DNA of 64,000 nt, taken from NCBI GenBank assembly GCA_024704765.1, contig JAKMXF010000324.1, positions 280,675 to 344,674 on the forward strand. Reading direction: 5' to 3'. Below are positions 12,167 through 34,081 of this stretch, piece by piece. Numbering within the stretch: position 1 is the first letter of the stretch; the number at the start of each line of letters is the position of its first letter. Both the position numbers and the translations under genes were made by a program. The DNA comes from Oopsacas minuta. Its lineage: Eukaryota > Animalia > Porifera. The notes beneath the pieces were generated by a model that searched no databases, was not told where the DNA came from, and saw nothing but the letters and a program-made list of their open reading frames with translations.

Positions 12167-13207
12167 ATGAGTGGATCTGGAAAAGAAAGTAATGACGCGA
12201 TATCATCTTGCCGTAAGAAACTAATCGATCTACACTATACTAACCCAGAATCAGTTTTAGAACAAGCAATTCAACTCATGGGGTGGTATAAAACGTTAGA
12301 ACTGAAATCAGCTGTTGTAAAGAGAAACGGCAACAGTGATGAACTTATAAAATTATACGGAGAAATTCCAATCTCCCAAAATGGTAGTCATTTGAATATA
12401 CACGGATTCATAACGATTTGGATTGAGAAAAACTTTCCTATCTCAGCGCCGATAATAAAACTTAATCAAACGAATTTTCCTGATATTTTCTTTGAACCTT
12501 TCCTCAACAGGAAGCAATGTATTGTAATATACTCGCCATACTTTGAATGGAACCAGTCAAAGTCAACGCTTATAGATTTGATCCAATTAGTCTGTGTGAA
12601 TTTAAGACAAGTTTGTATGGGTTGGGTATTGTCCGCTAGGGACCAAGAAGATCCCAACTGGTCCATACCCCCTCGACTCTCAATGCCAGGAGGTTTCCAA
12701 CCGTTTCCCCCTATGACTAATCAAAATAACAATCCATTAGAGACATCGCCAATTGGTGCAAGACACCCTTACATGAATCCTGGTCCAATGGGTGCTAATA
12801 TGGTACCACAAAATCGTCCCCCTATGCTCCCTAATCCTCCTCTCCCAATGAGATACCCTAATCATTTTCAACAGCCTATGTTCCCAATACTCCGACAGAC
12901 ATCTGGAGATTTCATTAATTATACTGGTGTTGGTCCAAATCAATTTCCAAGGCAATTTCCTAATAATTATAATCAACCTTATCCCCAACCGCTGCAACCG
13001 CCGCCGCATCCATCCTACTCTCCTCAAAAAATCGCCCCAGTAGCTCCCCCAGTCCAACAGCCAGTTGAAGAACCTCTGAACGGTCTCTCCTCTCCGAATT
13101 CTCCTAGCAAAGACCCTGTAATTTCCTCTCCGCCCCTTCCCGTCATATCTTCACCCCCCGCGGTCCCAGCTTTCGCCAGAAAAGTGCCCGCAACTAAAAC
13201 CACCTAA
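12167..13207 (+). CDS. UEV-domain (TSG101-like) protein with a Pro-rich tail
   Basis: LYGEIPI..NI....IWIEKNFPISAPII and IYSPYFEWNQSKSTLIDLIQ resemble the TSG101 UEV; followed by about 190 aa of P/Q/N-rich low complexity. The 3' end is uncertain. Confidence 0.65.
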   Translation: MSGSGKESNDAISSCRKKLIDLHYTNPESVLEQAIQLMGWYKTLELKSAVVKRNGNSDELIKLYGEIPISQNGSHLNIHGFITIWIEKNFPISAPIIKLNQTNFPDIFFEPFLNRKQCIVIYSPYFEWNQSKSTLIDLIQLVCVNLRQVCMGWVLSARDQEDPNWSIPPRLSMPGGFQPFPPMTNQNNNPLETSPIGARHPYMNPGPMGANMVPQNRPPMLPNPPLPMRYPNHFQQPMFPILRQTSGDFINYTGVGPNQFPRQFPNNYNQPYPQPLQPPPHPSYSPQKIAPVAPPVQQPVEEPLNGLSSPNSPSKDPVISSPPLPVISSPPAVPAFARKVPATKTT

Positions 13208-13509
13208 ATACCATGACAATGTCTTTAATGAACAATGTATTGAATGATAATAACGTTCATCAATCACTGCAAGAGTTTCATCCAATTTATGTGTGTACTT
13301 ACTTAATTCATTTATATGTTGTGTTAGATTTCTATACATGTTTATACAGATATGATCCAGTTTGAATGGGAGCTTAATTTATCTTATAATCACTCTCAGA
13401 GTATATTTTATTATTATAATATTGTTTACTGTCTTAGGTGAACAGATAAACTTTATGTTCGCAACGGGGACGAAGAGTGAAGCTATACAAAACTCCTGAC
13501 TCACAAAAC

Positions 13510-13589
13510 TTATAACTCGGATGAGACGTAATTCGGTTAATGTGTACTATTTTGTTTCCCAAGGGAGTACGTCTTATCTGAGTTTACTG
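13510..13589. mobile_element. MITE family B, degenerate copy
   Basis: AACTCGGATGAGACGTA...GTACGTCTTATCTGAGTTTACTG|TA matches the 59067-59168 element. Confidence 0.65.
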
Positions 13590-14054
13590 TATTATTTATC
13601 CTGAAGGTTTTTGTCATATTTGCATATTCCCGCAATTTTCATGACTTTTCCGATCTATTTTTACAGTTTTCTAACAAATGTACGAATATTGAAAATTCGG
13701 CAGAAATATGTAAATTTTTGGGACAAGTTAAGTCTATTTGAATAGATTTTACTGAGCAAAATTACTACAGTGATTCATAACGAAATGAACACTACCGCAG
13801 GGGGGGTAGATATCGTAATAGCCATACAAACTAGCTAAATTCAACCGATCTTTGCGACTATGCCATGGTCTGTAATGGTTTAGTAACACTGAGTAATCAT
13901 ATCGTCATAACTTACTTACACATTAGCTCTAAAAGAATATTGAAAGTAATTATTAGTAATATTATTAGGCCAAACCTGAATTACTTTAAATAGGGTAACT
14001 TAAGACAAAATAGTAATTAAAGTTTGAAAATACTCACAAACGTAAATTCATCGA

Positions 14055-15320
14055 ATGGCTACTATACAGAAACCTAATTTTATCGAACAAGTAAAAGAGA
14101 GTAGAAAGAAGATTAGAGACTGCTTCAAGAGGTCGCATGAAGCTCTACAACTCAGAGAGAGTATCCTCCTCTCTCATATTGATCAAATCGAGAAAGATTA
14201 TAATATCAAAAATCAGGAAGTGAATACATTGCTAGAGACTTTGAATAAAGAAATAACACACACCGCAGAGACATTCTCCGCAAATAAACTCACTGACGTT
14301 CATCAAATAATTCAATCGACTATTAACAAGAAGATAACAGAACTAACAGCTGATACAGACAGTAGTATTGAGTTTGAATGGAACAATCAATTCGAGACTG
14401 ACATAGAACAGCTAGGGAGTATTAAGCTTAACAGTCAGACTAACATATCTCCCACCCGCACCTTCCCTCCTCAAGTGAAGCCTGTTGTACCTGACTACAA
14501 GGCTAAACAGCTGCCTACTGCTTACTGCTGTAAGAATTCAGGCAAGAAAGCTCCAGGAGAACTGAGCGGTCCCAGATGTATAGCAGTACATTACCAAACT
14601 GGAAACATTTACATAGCGGATTGTAGCAACGATCGTGTACAAGTATTTAGCTGTAACGGTGACTATCTCTTCATGTTCAGTGAGAAGATGAACCGACCAG
14701 TAGGTATCTGTATAACTCAGAATAAAGTGTTTGTTACACAATGGCATGGTCATTACATTAATAAGTACGAACTAGAAGGGAAACTAATCAAGAGTGTTGG
14801 TAGTTATGGGAATGGAGAAGCTCAATTCCACGGTCCACACGGTCTAGATGTCTCTGATAGAAATAGCAATGTGTATGTATGTGATTCTTATAATAACAGA
14901 GTTCAAATCTTAACTGAAGAACTCAAGTTCCATTCCATACTAGGAATAGACTTGTTTGAGTATCCATGTGTCGTTAAGGTTACAAGAGACAGAGTATTGG
15001 TGCTAGATAAGAGTGATCCGTGTATGTTTGTGTTCAATTCAGATCACGTTCTAACCAACAGACTGATAACTAGAGGTGATGGCGAACAAATAAACAATCC
15101 ATATTGTTTCGACATAGACAGAGACTATAACATCATTATGAGTGATAACAGTAATCACTGTGTATACGTATTCAATCAGGAGGGAGAACAGATACACAAG
15201 TTTGGGAAGCAAGGTCAGGGTATCGGGGAGTTCTATTATCCCTGGGGAATAGCATTAGACAACACAGGACATATTATAGTTGTGTGTCAGAAGGATACTA
15301 ATTGTCTACAATTCTTCTAA
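14055..15320 (+). CDS. Coiled-coil + NHL propeller protein, copy 2 (intact)
   Basis: Same architecture as 5838-7106, with long stretches of nucleotide identity. Confidence 0.92.
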   Translation: MATIQKPNFIEQVKESRKKIRDCFKRSHEALQLRESILLSHIDQIEKDYNIKNQEVNTLLETLNKEITHTAETFSANKLTDVHQIIQSTINKKITELTADTDSSIEFEWNNQFETDIEQLGSIKLNSQTNISPTRTFPPQVKPVVPDYKAKQLPTAYCCKNSGKKAPGELSGPRCIAVHYQTGNIYIADCSNDRVQVFSCNGDYLFMFSEKMNRPVGICITQNKVFVTQWHGHYINKYELEGKLIKSVGSYGNGEAQFHGPHGLDVSDRNSNVYVCDSYNNRVQILTEELKFHSILGIDLFEYPCVVKVTRDRVLVLDKSDPCMFVFNSDHVLTNRLITRGDGEQINNPYCFDIDRDYNIIMSDNSNHCVYVFNQEGEQIHKFGKQGQGIGEFYYPWGIALDNTGHIIVVCQKDTNCLQFF

Positions 15321-15510
15321 CTGACTTTAGTATTTAGAATTTGTGATTGCTATGAAGGCTATGATACTTTAGTTCCCTTTATTCATATTGCTTGATATTG
15401 CGTATTAGCTAAATATTTGTATTTCCAATTGTTACTTTAATACACAACAATTTTAGGCTATTATTTGCCCAAAAAGCACAAACTCTCTCTCTCTATATTT
15501 TTAATAGTGT

Positions 15511-17256
15511 ATGGGTCAAGATAATTCTACACAACAAAATCCAATCACCACTCCTGACAACCACACAATCCTGAATAACTCACAATGGCATAGCTACACA
15601 CAAACTAAATCAAATCTCACAAACAAACCTGGAACAATTTTCACACACAAATACACTTCGCCACAATCCTGGCAAGAAACTATTAATTATCTAAAATATA
15701 TAAGAACATTACGTCATCCAAATATACTCAAATACTCCTCATCTTATACAATACCAAATGACCGTATTGAGCTAATAATATCCCCTACCATATCTCTCAC
15801 ACAATTCATCCCTCACTGCTCAAAGTCAAATACAATTCAGGGTATACGTGAGCTTGTATCGGCTATATTATTCTTACATGATTCAGCTAAAGTCTGTCAT
15901 CTGGGTATTTCTGTTGGAGAAGTATTTATCGATAATTTTAATGGTTGTTGGCTTTTGGGAGGATTTGGATTAGCTCGTAAAATAGTGTCCACTGTGAATA
16001 ATGAGATATTATCATTGGAAAAATTCAATTTATTGAAGAAGCAGTTAAACGAAGACGAAGCAGAACTTACGAATTGTACAAGTATTGATGTGTGGTTGTT
16101 TAAGCAGTTTATTGATGACGTCATTGAAGCGACAAAGTACAATTCATTGCTAGAAGATTTGCTCGATTGGTTAGATACAAATTGGTTTGAATTGCAATTT
16201 GAGGATATTTTAAATCACGAAACTCTGAATAATTCCGTAACAGAAACAATTGAAATGTTGACGAATATTTCTATAATGGATCGACATGCGAAAAGGAAAT
16301 TTCTAGAATCGCTACCCTCGCGATTAAACACACTTGACGAATCTGTTTTGGCGTTCAGAATAACTCAGCTAATATTTTCAACACATTTGTACATGGAACA
16401 ACTTGTCAGGAATAATATTATCCCATTATTGCTAATCCCAAAATGTAAAAAGTTCTCAAAGGAAATATCAGGAAATCAGGAATATATCCTGAATGCTCTT
16501 ATCACAGAGGACACATACAAACAATTCATAGTTCCGCTTATCATACGATTATTCGCTAAACAAGAATTACAATTGAGAGTAATTCTATTAAAATACTTCA
16601 AATATTTTATTTATTTATTTTCATATCAACAACAAACATTGATACATTCACATATAATTTTGGGGCTGAGAGATTCTAGAGAGGAATTGGCTAAACTCAC
16701 ATTTTTCGCTTTAGGAGAGTTGACGAGTTATATGGGAGTACGGGGCGTCACTGGCAAAGAGGTGCGTCCCATTTTCACAGACGTACGACCAAGAGATTAT
16801 CAATTAACAGTGTCAAATAATGACGTAATCGATAATAATATTAATCACATGGATGTTATGCAGCCAATTGAACAAAATTCTGCGAATACAGCAAATGTAC
16901 AAATATCTTGCGAAAACGAGTTATCAGATTTTTTTGAAAATGAGACAAAACAACAGGAAAATATTGAATGTTATAATATTGAAAACCTGAATGAAGCTGA
17001 TTTACTCTCTGAATTAAGGAAACCAAAATTCCATCTCGGGAAGAGAGAGAACAACTTCCCTGAACCTGAAACGGACGAATTATTATTAGTTACAGACGAC
17101 TCTCATAAACAAACCCTCCTCGAATTAAGTCAATTGAATTCTCTTCCAAATAATCCTATTGAGAATGGAATAGACAATCTAACAGATATAGAGTTAGATT
17201 CTAATACAGATAATGGCAAACCTGAAATAGCATGGGAAGATTGGGATCCCTTTTGA
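15511..17256 (+). CDS. SCYL3: SCY1-like pseudokinase 3 (PACE1), intronless
   Basis: MG.. myristoylation-type start, LRHPNILKY, ILFLHDSAKVCH..VFID..WLLGGF pseudokinase fold, HEAT region (LRVILL, ILGLRD) and acidic tail. Confidence 0.78.
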   Translation: MGQDNSTQQNPITTPDNHTILNNSQWHSYTQTKSNLTNKPGTIFTHKYTSPQSWQETINYLKYIRTLRHPNILKYSSSYTIPNDRIELIISPTISLTQFIPHCSKSNTIQGIRELVSAILFLHDSAKVCHLGISVGEVFIDNFNGCWLLGGFGLARKIVSTVNNEILSLEKFNLLKKQLNEDEAELTNCTSIDVWLFKQFIDDVIEATKYNSLLEDLLDWLDTNWFELQFEDILNHETLNNSVTETIEMLTNISIMDRHAKRKFLESLPSRLNTLDESVLAFRITQLIFSTHLYMEQLVRNNIIPLLLIPKCKKFSKEISGNQEYILNALITEDTYKQFIVPLIIRLFAKQELQLRVILLKYFKYFIYLFSYQQQTLIHSHIILGLRDSREELAKLTFFALGELTSYMGVRGVTGKEVRPIFTDVRPRDYQLTVSNNDVIDNNINHMDVMQPIEQNSANTANVQISCENELSDFFENETKQQENIECYNIENLNEADLLSELRKPKFHLGKRENNFPEPETDELLLVTDDSHKQTLLELSQLNSLPNNPIENGIDNLTDIELDSNTDNGKPEIAWEDWDPF

Positions 17257-17280
17257 TATTAATAATTCCAATATCTTTAT

Positions 17281-17307
17281 GTTGTTGTTGTTGTTGTTGT
17301 TGTTGTT
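17281..17307. repeat. (GTT)9 microsatellite
   Basis: Perfect run read directly. Confidence 0.95.
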
Positions 17308-17359
17308 GACATAATATATTAACAAATGGAGAATATATTACAGTGGCTCTTGTTAATGA

Positions 17360-17646
17360 CAAACTTGTTTCAGCTCCACATGATGTCCGTCTAAGCATGC
17401 GGACCGGTGGTGTTTCATACTCATTATTGTATGACGTTATCATAATACAAAGTGGACTAAAATTCATTAAATATTTCTACTTCTAAATATGTTAATTAAG
17501 CGTGTTAAAGGCGGTCTGTTACTTCTATTCATCCGTTAGTTAGTAAATATATTGTGTAGTTGAATTTCCCTGATCAAAGGGTGAAATAATGACAATATTC
17601 ATGAGGCAGGTAAACTTGATGGCGGCGGTGGAGCTGAACAAGTTTC
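17360..17646. mobile_element. MITE family D (TIR AAACTTGTTTCAGCTCC)
   Basis: TIRs at both ends; the interior is the reverse complement of 62195-62474. Confidence 0.8.
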
Positions 17647-17713
17647 TAACTAACAGTGGCCACTATAGTAAAGATTTATTGTATTTTCATGATCCCTCTT
17701 CTAGCATTCACTA

Positions 17714-20474
17714 ATGTTCTCGCCTACAACCACACCAGCATCTCAATTCAACATCAAACAAATACTATCAGAAGATACTATCTCAGCTAGGATAGACTCT
17801 CTAACCAAGTTCTTCACACAAGCTGTATTAAGAGAACAACATGCTGCTTTCCCTGTTATCCTAGCTAATATATTTGGGTACGATCACACACAGGGATGGG
17901 GATTAACAAAATTGACCCCTACATCTGATCCTGTCACACATCGTGTGGTTAGTAGCTTCATAGAGCCAGGCGGTATTCTATTTAACCTTACAGGGAAATT
18001 AGAGCAAGCTAACATGTACTATGAATTTCCTCTCATCTGCTTACCACCTCCCTCACAATCAAGTATCCTATCGCCGGTAAAATTCACTCTTGATTTCTAT
18101 AACAACAAGCTCCCTCAATTACCTCCAGGTACTCTCCCTTCACAGCTTAAGTTAAGAGCTTATGATTTCTTCTTTTTCCATTTTGCGTATTTCTTAATAT
18201 ACTCACAGCACTTGACTCATATTAATCCATCCCCTGGCGCTTCATGTGTTTGGGCATCCATATCAACTTGTCTGTACACGTCCATGCTTGAGGCGTATCT
18301 CAATCATTTCCTACCGCTTCAGGCTGTTAAGAATCGGTCTAGTCCTGTACACAGTATGTTCTCCTCTCCTAATAGACACAAACACTCCCCTTCAGCTAAA
18401 ATAAGACAAAATACATCGCTTCTTAACTTAGAAATGCTAACAGAGTCACCGTATAAATCTAACAGTACTGCTGTAGAGTTACAGGTTGTTAGAGAAGCTG
18501 GTGGACTAGGAATGAGGTTCTTGGAGACTCTGGTTGAGTTCTGGCTTAGACAGGTGGAATCTTCTAGTCCTCTGGAGAATTTCTTTGGTAAGTTATTTAC
18601 GTAATTTACTTAACGGAATATATATACCGTATAACTTGGATAAGACATACAAAATTTTGTATGTATTAACTGAGTTATACGAGTTTATTCCGGTTAATCG
18701 GGTAAAAATGGCCCCCCCCGAAGTGACCTTTGATATCCTGTGGACCACCTACTGTCTGCGTTGGACTACCAAGGGAGTCAATGGACTCCAGGTTGTACTC
18801 TATATGTATACAAACTAATCCCATTTGTCAATAGGTAGAGGATCACAACAACACACACACTTCATGACAGAAGCACATGCTCGTTTCTCCCGTATCCTCT
18901 GTAAACATCTTCACTTCTGGACAGCTCTTAGTCCCGACCCACATTCCTCCCCATCCTCTCTATCCTATGTGGTTTTGAGACAGCCCTTATTCCAATTTCT
19001 ACGCTACTGCATAGCTAATTGGCCGCAAGAACCTTCATTTCGTATGTTAGTAGAGTTATGGTTAACTCATATACAACCATGGAGATATGAGAATATTCAG
19101 AAGCAGGCTAAATCAGGTCATGCTACTAATGAGTGCTTAAGTGGGAAATGGTTTGATTTCGTGTCTACTAATCTGCCTTTCTACTCTACTCTATTTTTGG
19201 GTGAGTGAGTGTTTTTTTATCGTAAACGGAAATCGCACATAACAATTCGTCGAGATTTCCCATTCAGAGGTTTTCCGAGTATTCGTCTTAGATGAGTCAT
19301 TAACTGTATTATATAACTCACTACTTTAGAGTTTCTTCCACGAGCATTCAGACTTAACCTAACTCACAACAGAGACGTGACTGTCCTCTCCCGAGTCATG
19401 CGTGTATTCTCACAACCTGGTCTACCCCAGATGATCAAACAGGCAGAAGGAATGCTAGCTGACTCTAGACTAACCTCACATAGGTCTAGGATATCTCCTG
19501 AGAAGTATGACCTTCAGATTCATATAGTAGACCTGATTTGGAATATGAATACATTCACACCCATGATGACGCTATCTACTATACAGGTGAATATTTATTT
19601 TCATATTATTCGTATAGGATTATCCCTTATAGAAATGTATACAGTAAATCTCGAACAAAATATCGTAATTGACTGACAATTATTCAATTCATTCATATAG
19701 GCAGTAGAAGAAATACGTAAATCAATTGACAACATGGTATGCGGCCTTCCGGATGAATTCAATGATACAATTAAAGGCGAGGGTATTCTATCTCGGTTAA
19801 GACAATGGATGTCTAAATTTGTAGAAGTAGAAGAGGATGATGATGACATAATAGTTAATGGTGATAAACCCGATAAGACTAAACTTAAACAAACTCTCCA
19901 ACAGTGTGTACACTATTTTGACTGTTTATTTGAAACTAGCAACCAATCTTTGCTAAAGAATGAGCTAGATTCTACGCTAAACGATAGTAGAACATCTCCA
20001 ATACAAAATAGTGAAGTTTTGAACCGTAAAAGTTTGAATGAAAATCTTATGAATAATACTCAAAATATATTGAAGTTGAATTACATGGGAGATCCTGTGT
20101 TGAGAGCTATACAACCACATGAAAGTAAATTCTTGTGTAGAAATTTACACAAGTTATCGCTGTATCTTAACCGAAAATTCGAACCTCAGTTAGCGTATGT
20201 TTCAGTGAATGAAGATTTATTGATTTCGCAGTTCGCGAGTTTGTTTCTTAACGAGAGGCCGCCTCCAAGTCCGTTTGAACGTCCTGGAGAGTGTGGAATG
20301 CCGCGATTACGTATAAACCTACGGCCTTTCTCTTCTTACAAAACTCTAGCTCTTATATTTCTCTTCTATTGCATGCCTTACTTGTGTGGAATCACTTCAT
20401 TTCAGTCTATCCTATTATCCCTGATCATTTTAGCTAGTTTTGTCTCTTTACCACTCATTTTATTCAATAAATAA
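17714..20474 (+). CDS. SMPD4: Sphingomyelin phosphodiesterase 4 (nSMase3-like); 4 exons (17714-18587, 18835-19200, 19330-19586, 19701-20474)
   Basis: ANIFG...GWGL, YDFFFFHFA, ETLVEFWL, LFQFLRYCIANWP..PSFRMLVELWLTHIQPWRY, DP.L.AI...ES..L.R and a C-terminal TM tail. GT-AG phases are consistent. Confidence 0.85.
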
Positions 20475-21020
20475 TAAGAATATGTAATTTGTTGAATTTT
20501 GCTTAATTAAAGGATTTTCTAAACCAGAAAACTAGCGTATTTTACACAAAAATTGTTAAGTTTATTTGATTTGTTATAATTCAGAGAATGTTTTGTCGAA
20601 AAGTTAGCTTTAGTTATATACAGATTCTGATTAACGGCCAGGTATCCCGATAATCAAATTCTCTAATAAATTATTGACACAACTATGATCAAAAACAATC
20701 AAATCTAAGATCTTACGAAATTCGTCCGAAAAAAGGCCAAATTGGAACCTCAAATTAGCTTTGTAATTGCTTTTACTTGCAACGTGACTCGAAAATAGAG
20801 AAAATGGAAAAGAATTCCAAGTATTTGCAATTCAGCTTTTGCCAGAACATTTCCTTAACGATGATGCAACACTAAATAAGTCAATTAATAAATGATTCTA
20901 TTTATTTATGAGATTTCTCTTTTCGACATTTATTAGATCAAATGAAAATCCCTTTTCTTTACCTATTTTCTTAATATTGGCTGTATAAAATCGAATTTTT
21001 ATCTTTTCAGCCATTTTAAG

Positions 21021-23230
21021 ATGAGTGCCTGTGTCCCTGTGAATGAATCTGTCGAGATGGTGACCCCCAAGACCTGCCCCCGCCTCGTTCCGGAGAAAAT
21101 GCCGCGTAGACTTGTCAGTAGCGAACTCAAACCGCAGCCTTATACTAAAGCGAAGTCAACCAAAGTTCCAAAACTCCCCGTGCCTACACTAAATAGGTCA
21201 CATAGTGCATGCCACGATTTGAAGCACAAGGAGACTGGGTCTAAACGAAAAGAGACGTCTCCTCTCTCCAACAGCTGTCGAACAGAATCCGCAAGTTCTC
21301 TCTTGGATTCTGGAATGCTTTCTACAAGTTTGTGTGATCTCTCTAAGCAAGATAGAAGTAGCAAAGTGAGTTTAACTCTTCACATATTTCCAAAATAATT
21401 TATCTTTTCACGTATTTCTATAGAAGGTAAAGCGTAAATTGAATATGGACGATAAAGCTAATTGCTGTAGCTCCAGCTCTCTCAGTGATGTACCAGATCT
21501 CAATTCTAGAGGTAATAACCGCGCTATATTTCCTTTTACTTGCATACAATCAACCCCGTTATATCGAACGCGGATATATCGAAACACCCGCTTACATCTA
21601 AGACAGAAATCGGATAAATATTTCATCGATTAGATCGAACTCTGCTTGTATCTGATGAATTATCGCGGTCCCTTGAGCTTCGATATATAGGGAGTTGACT
21701 GTATTGTATATTTTGAATCTGTTCATTGGAAATTTATTTAGAGTCATGGCCTGATCACTACAAACAAGGATGTGGTACTCCTAGTACTTTACAAGATCAG
21801 ACTAGACAATTCATCATAGAGACTCTACACTCTCCTACACCAGAGATTGATGTTAATCTCATAGAACGGAATCTTAATATGCCAAAGAGACGTGTATACG
21901 ATATACTGGGAGTATTAGAGGGGATAGGATGGGTAAAGAAATCTGAGAAGAATAAATACGCTTGGTTGTAAGTTATTGAATACAATAGAACTAGCATAAG
22001 ACCTCTTCGGGAAACAAAACTAGTACGTACTATAATTGGCGACCAGTTTAGGATACAAATTCAAACCTGAGGGAAGGTCCACCACATGCAAAATTGCTGC
22101 TACTTCTCTGTAATTTTCAGACTTCCCAGGAACCCAAAGCGTGACACTTTGAAATTTCTAATTAGCGCGCGATTATATGCATAAGATTCTAAGATTTCTT
22201 GTTACGTAACTTTTTGAACGGAAAAACATATTGAAAATTTCCATTTTTGTAAACTGTTGTACTTTCTACAATTCATCAGGAGTGAAGTAGCTGTTCGTAT
22301 GGAGACAGCTAGGAAGAGAGTAGTATTTCTTGAGAATGAAACTAAGAGGATAGATGGTATGATACTTGATGCTGAAAAGTATCTGACAGATATGTTTAGT
22401 GATGAACCTGCTTCAGATGAATTCACTCAGTTAGTTAATATTTCTGAATCTTTGCGAGTTTCTTTTATAGTAAGTACAGTGGAAATATTTTCAATGATTA
22501 TTGGTACAGGTTAAGAGTTACTTGAAATTGACATTTATGGATGTAAAATTGGATATCCAGTGAATTCGTCAAAAAATATTGGGGGTTGGGAAGCCAAGGC
22601 CAAACCCCAGTCTGTCCGTTCCGACGACCTGAGGCGGGCTCGAGCCGTGCTTTCAACCTTTTCCCCTTCGAAACTACCAATTAATACTCCTGAATACGGT
22701 TAACTAATGTATCTTATAGATTCCGTAACAATCTGTATTTAACTGAAGAAGACATAGCACAGACAGAAGATCTAACAAAGAATCTTATTGCTGTCAGGAC
22801 TAATAATCCAAATTTGAGGATTGAGATCCCTGAAACGAAAGAGGTTAGATACATGTTACTTTGATATGGTGGGAGTAGAAGGTATATTCAATTAATTACA
22901 TCTGTTCCTTCACAGGGCTATGAGCTTATACTACACAGTGAGAGTACTCCCATAGAAGCATACACAATATCACCAGACGGTAACTTCACGTCAATAGCTG
23001 ATTCATCATACAACGCATACAGCAACCCAATCGCTAACCCTTACTCACATAACTTCGATCCTTTCTTCCAAGAATTCCTACGTTCCTCAGATAATAGCGA
23101 ATACGAAGCACCGGATTACCTTTATGGAAGCAGTTTCTCAGATAATTTCGAAGATATTTATGCACATAATTTCTCATTATCAGAAATATTTGATTCAGGA
23201 CCAGCTCGCATATCACAGACTCATGTTTAG
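21021..23230 (+). CDS. E2F: E2F transcription factor (6 exons)
   Basis: VKRKLNMD (cyclin-binding RxL), winged helix KRRVYDILGVLEGIGWVKK..KN...W, leucine zipper, marked box LYLTEEDI..LIAVRT..LRIEIP, and an Rb-binding-like C-terminus DYLYG..FEDIY ending at TAG 23228-30. Confidence 0.85.
21547..21701. mobile_element. MITE family A in E2F intron 2
   Basis: TA-flanked CAATCAACCCCGTTATATCGAA...TTCGATATATAGGGAGTTGACTG. Confidence 0.8.
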
Positions 23231-23853
23231 CTAGAGAGTACAAAAATCCGATATAACTCTCTCTTTTGATCACATTAGATTATAGAAATAAAGTTTTTAC
23301 GTTCTCCGATCTATTTTTTCCATTTCTTGATCATGTATATTTAATTATAGCGCTTGGAAGGACAGTTTTCTATCTTTACTACTTTAATTCTATATACGTT
23401 TCATATTCGCACTCAGGTATTAAATCAATCAATAGCAATCACACATGTGTGGTACCAGTTATTTCAATGAAGTATAGTTTATTGGAAAATAAGAGATTTT
23501 GTTCTGTAATTGCTTTCAAATGTCATTTACAAATTTCCCAATTGCTCTTCTCATGTTTACATTTATTTGAGAAGTTGTATCACCCCATCCCATAGGTTGA
23601 AATGTGTGTTCTGAGATCGTGTGGACCACCAAGGGGGTCATTGCGATCCCTGTTTGGGAAGCGTTATTCTAAACTCTCACAAATACGAAATTCCAAATAA
23701 TTATATTTGCACACAATTGTCTTACAATCCTATATCTAAGAATTACTCTTGATTATTCCTACACGGAAATGGAGTAACCTTACTTTAGCTAATACGAATG
23801 GTATAAATACGGTCCCTTGGTTACTTATGTTTACTGTTGATTAATAACTAGCA

Positions 23854-33272
<9,419 letters not shown>

Positions 33273-33505
33273 CATACGATCTGTATAAGACATTATATCA
33301 AGGTAGTATAACGAGCTATTATAATATGCACTACTGTTTATCACTTGTATATTTTGAACTTATTATGCGAATATTATTATGATTTTGAGTGTAATTCGAA
33401 TAAATTCATAACGAAATCATAAATATAAATACACTAGAGCATTCTCACCCGTGGACCCCCCATAACAAATTTACCACATTCTGGAGACCACCGCTGCGCT
33501 AGAGG

Positions 33506-34081
33506 TTAAGGTCTATCGAAATTCACTGGTAATGAAAGTCTGTGCAATCTCGGTTTGTAGATCTGGTCGTCTGGCTGTGGATCTGGTCGTGAAAATGATG
33601 GAACTCTCGATAATGGATATTTTGTTTTTCGTATAGTATTAGATCCGCTATTCATTTTCAATTTCAATTCCCATCCTTTAAACTTATTATTCTGATCACA
33701 AAGCGTTATAACACTTCCGAGCTTTTGAATTGCAGTCTCGAATTGTTTATCCCAATCGAAGTAAATAATATAGTCTGTCTGAGCTGTTAGTTCTGATATT
33801 TGCTTGTTTATTAATGATATAAATCCTTCTAGTGTGTCTTTGAGTTCGTTATCTGTTAATGTATCTGAAATCTTTGATTTATTTGTATCCAAAGTTTCAA
33901 CTAAATTACTCATTTTCTCAGTTTTGTAATCATATTCTTGCTCGATTTGATCAATACGAGAGAGGAGGATGCCCTCTCGGAGTTGTAGAGCTTCATGTGA
34001 CCTCTTAAAGCAGTCTCTAATCTTCCTTTTACTCTCTCTTATCTGCGTAGGGAAACTTATCTCCTTTCGTGAGCTGGCCAT
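33506..34081 (-). CDS. NHL-family paralog with only the N-terminal coiled coil and an unrelated tail
   Basis: [31 protein letters not shown]...F.WDKQFE..IQKLGS matches the family N-terminus; no NHL repeats follow. Confidence 0.75.
   Translation of the reverse strand: MASSRKEISFPTQIRESKRKIRDCFKRSHEALQLREGILLSRIDQIEQEYDYKTEKMSNLVETLDTNKSKISDTLTDNELKDTLEGFISLINKQISELTAQTDYIIYFDWDKQFETAIQKLGSVITLCDQNNKFKGWELKLKMNSGSNTIRKTKYPLSRVPSFSRPDPQPDDQIYKPRLHRLSLPVNFDRP

Noticed and set aside
17201-17467. Poly-Q protein on the minus strand
   Set aside because: The Q run is the (GTT)9 microsatellite in the SCYL3 3' flank, and the ORF crosses a MITE.
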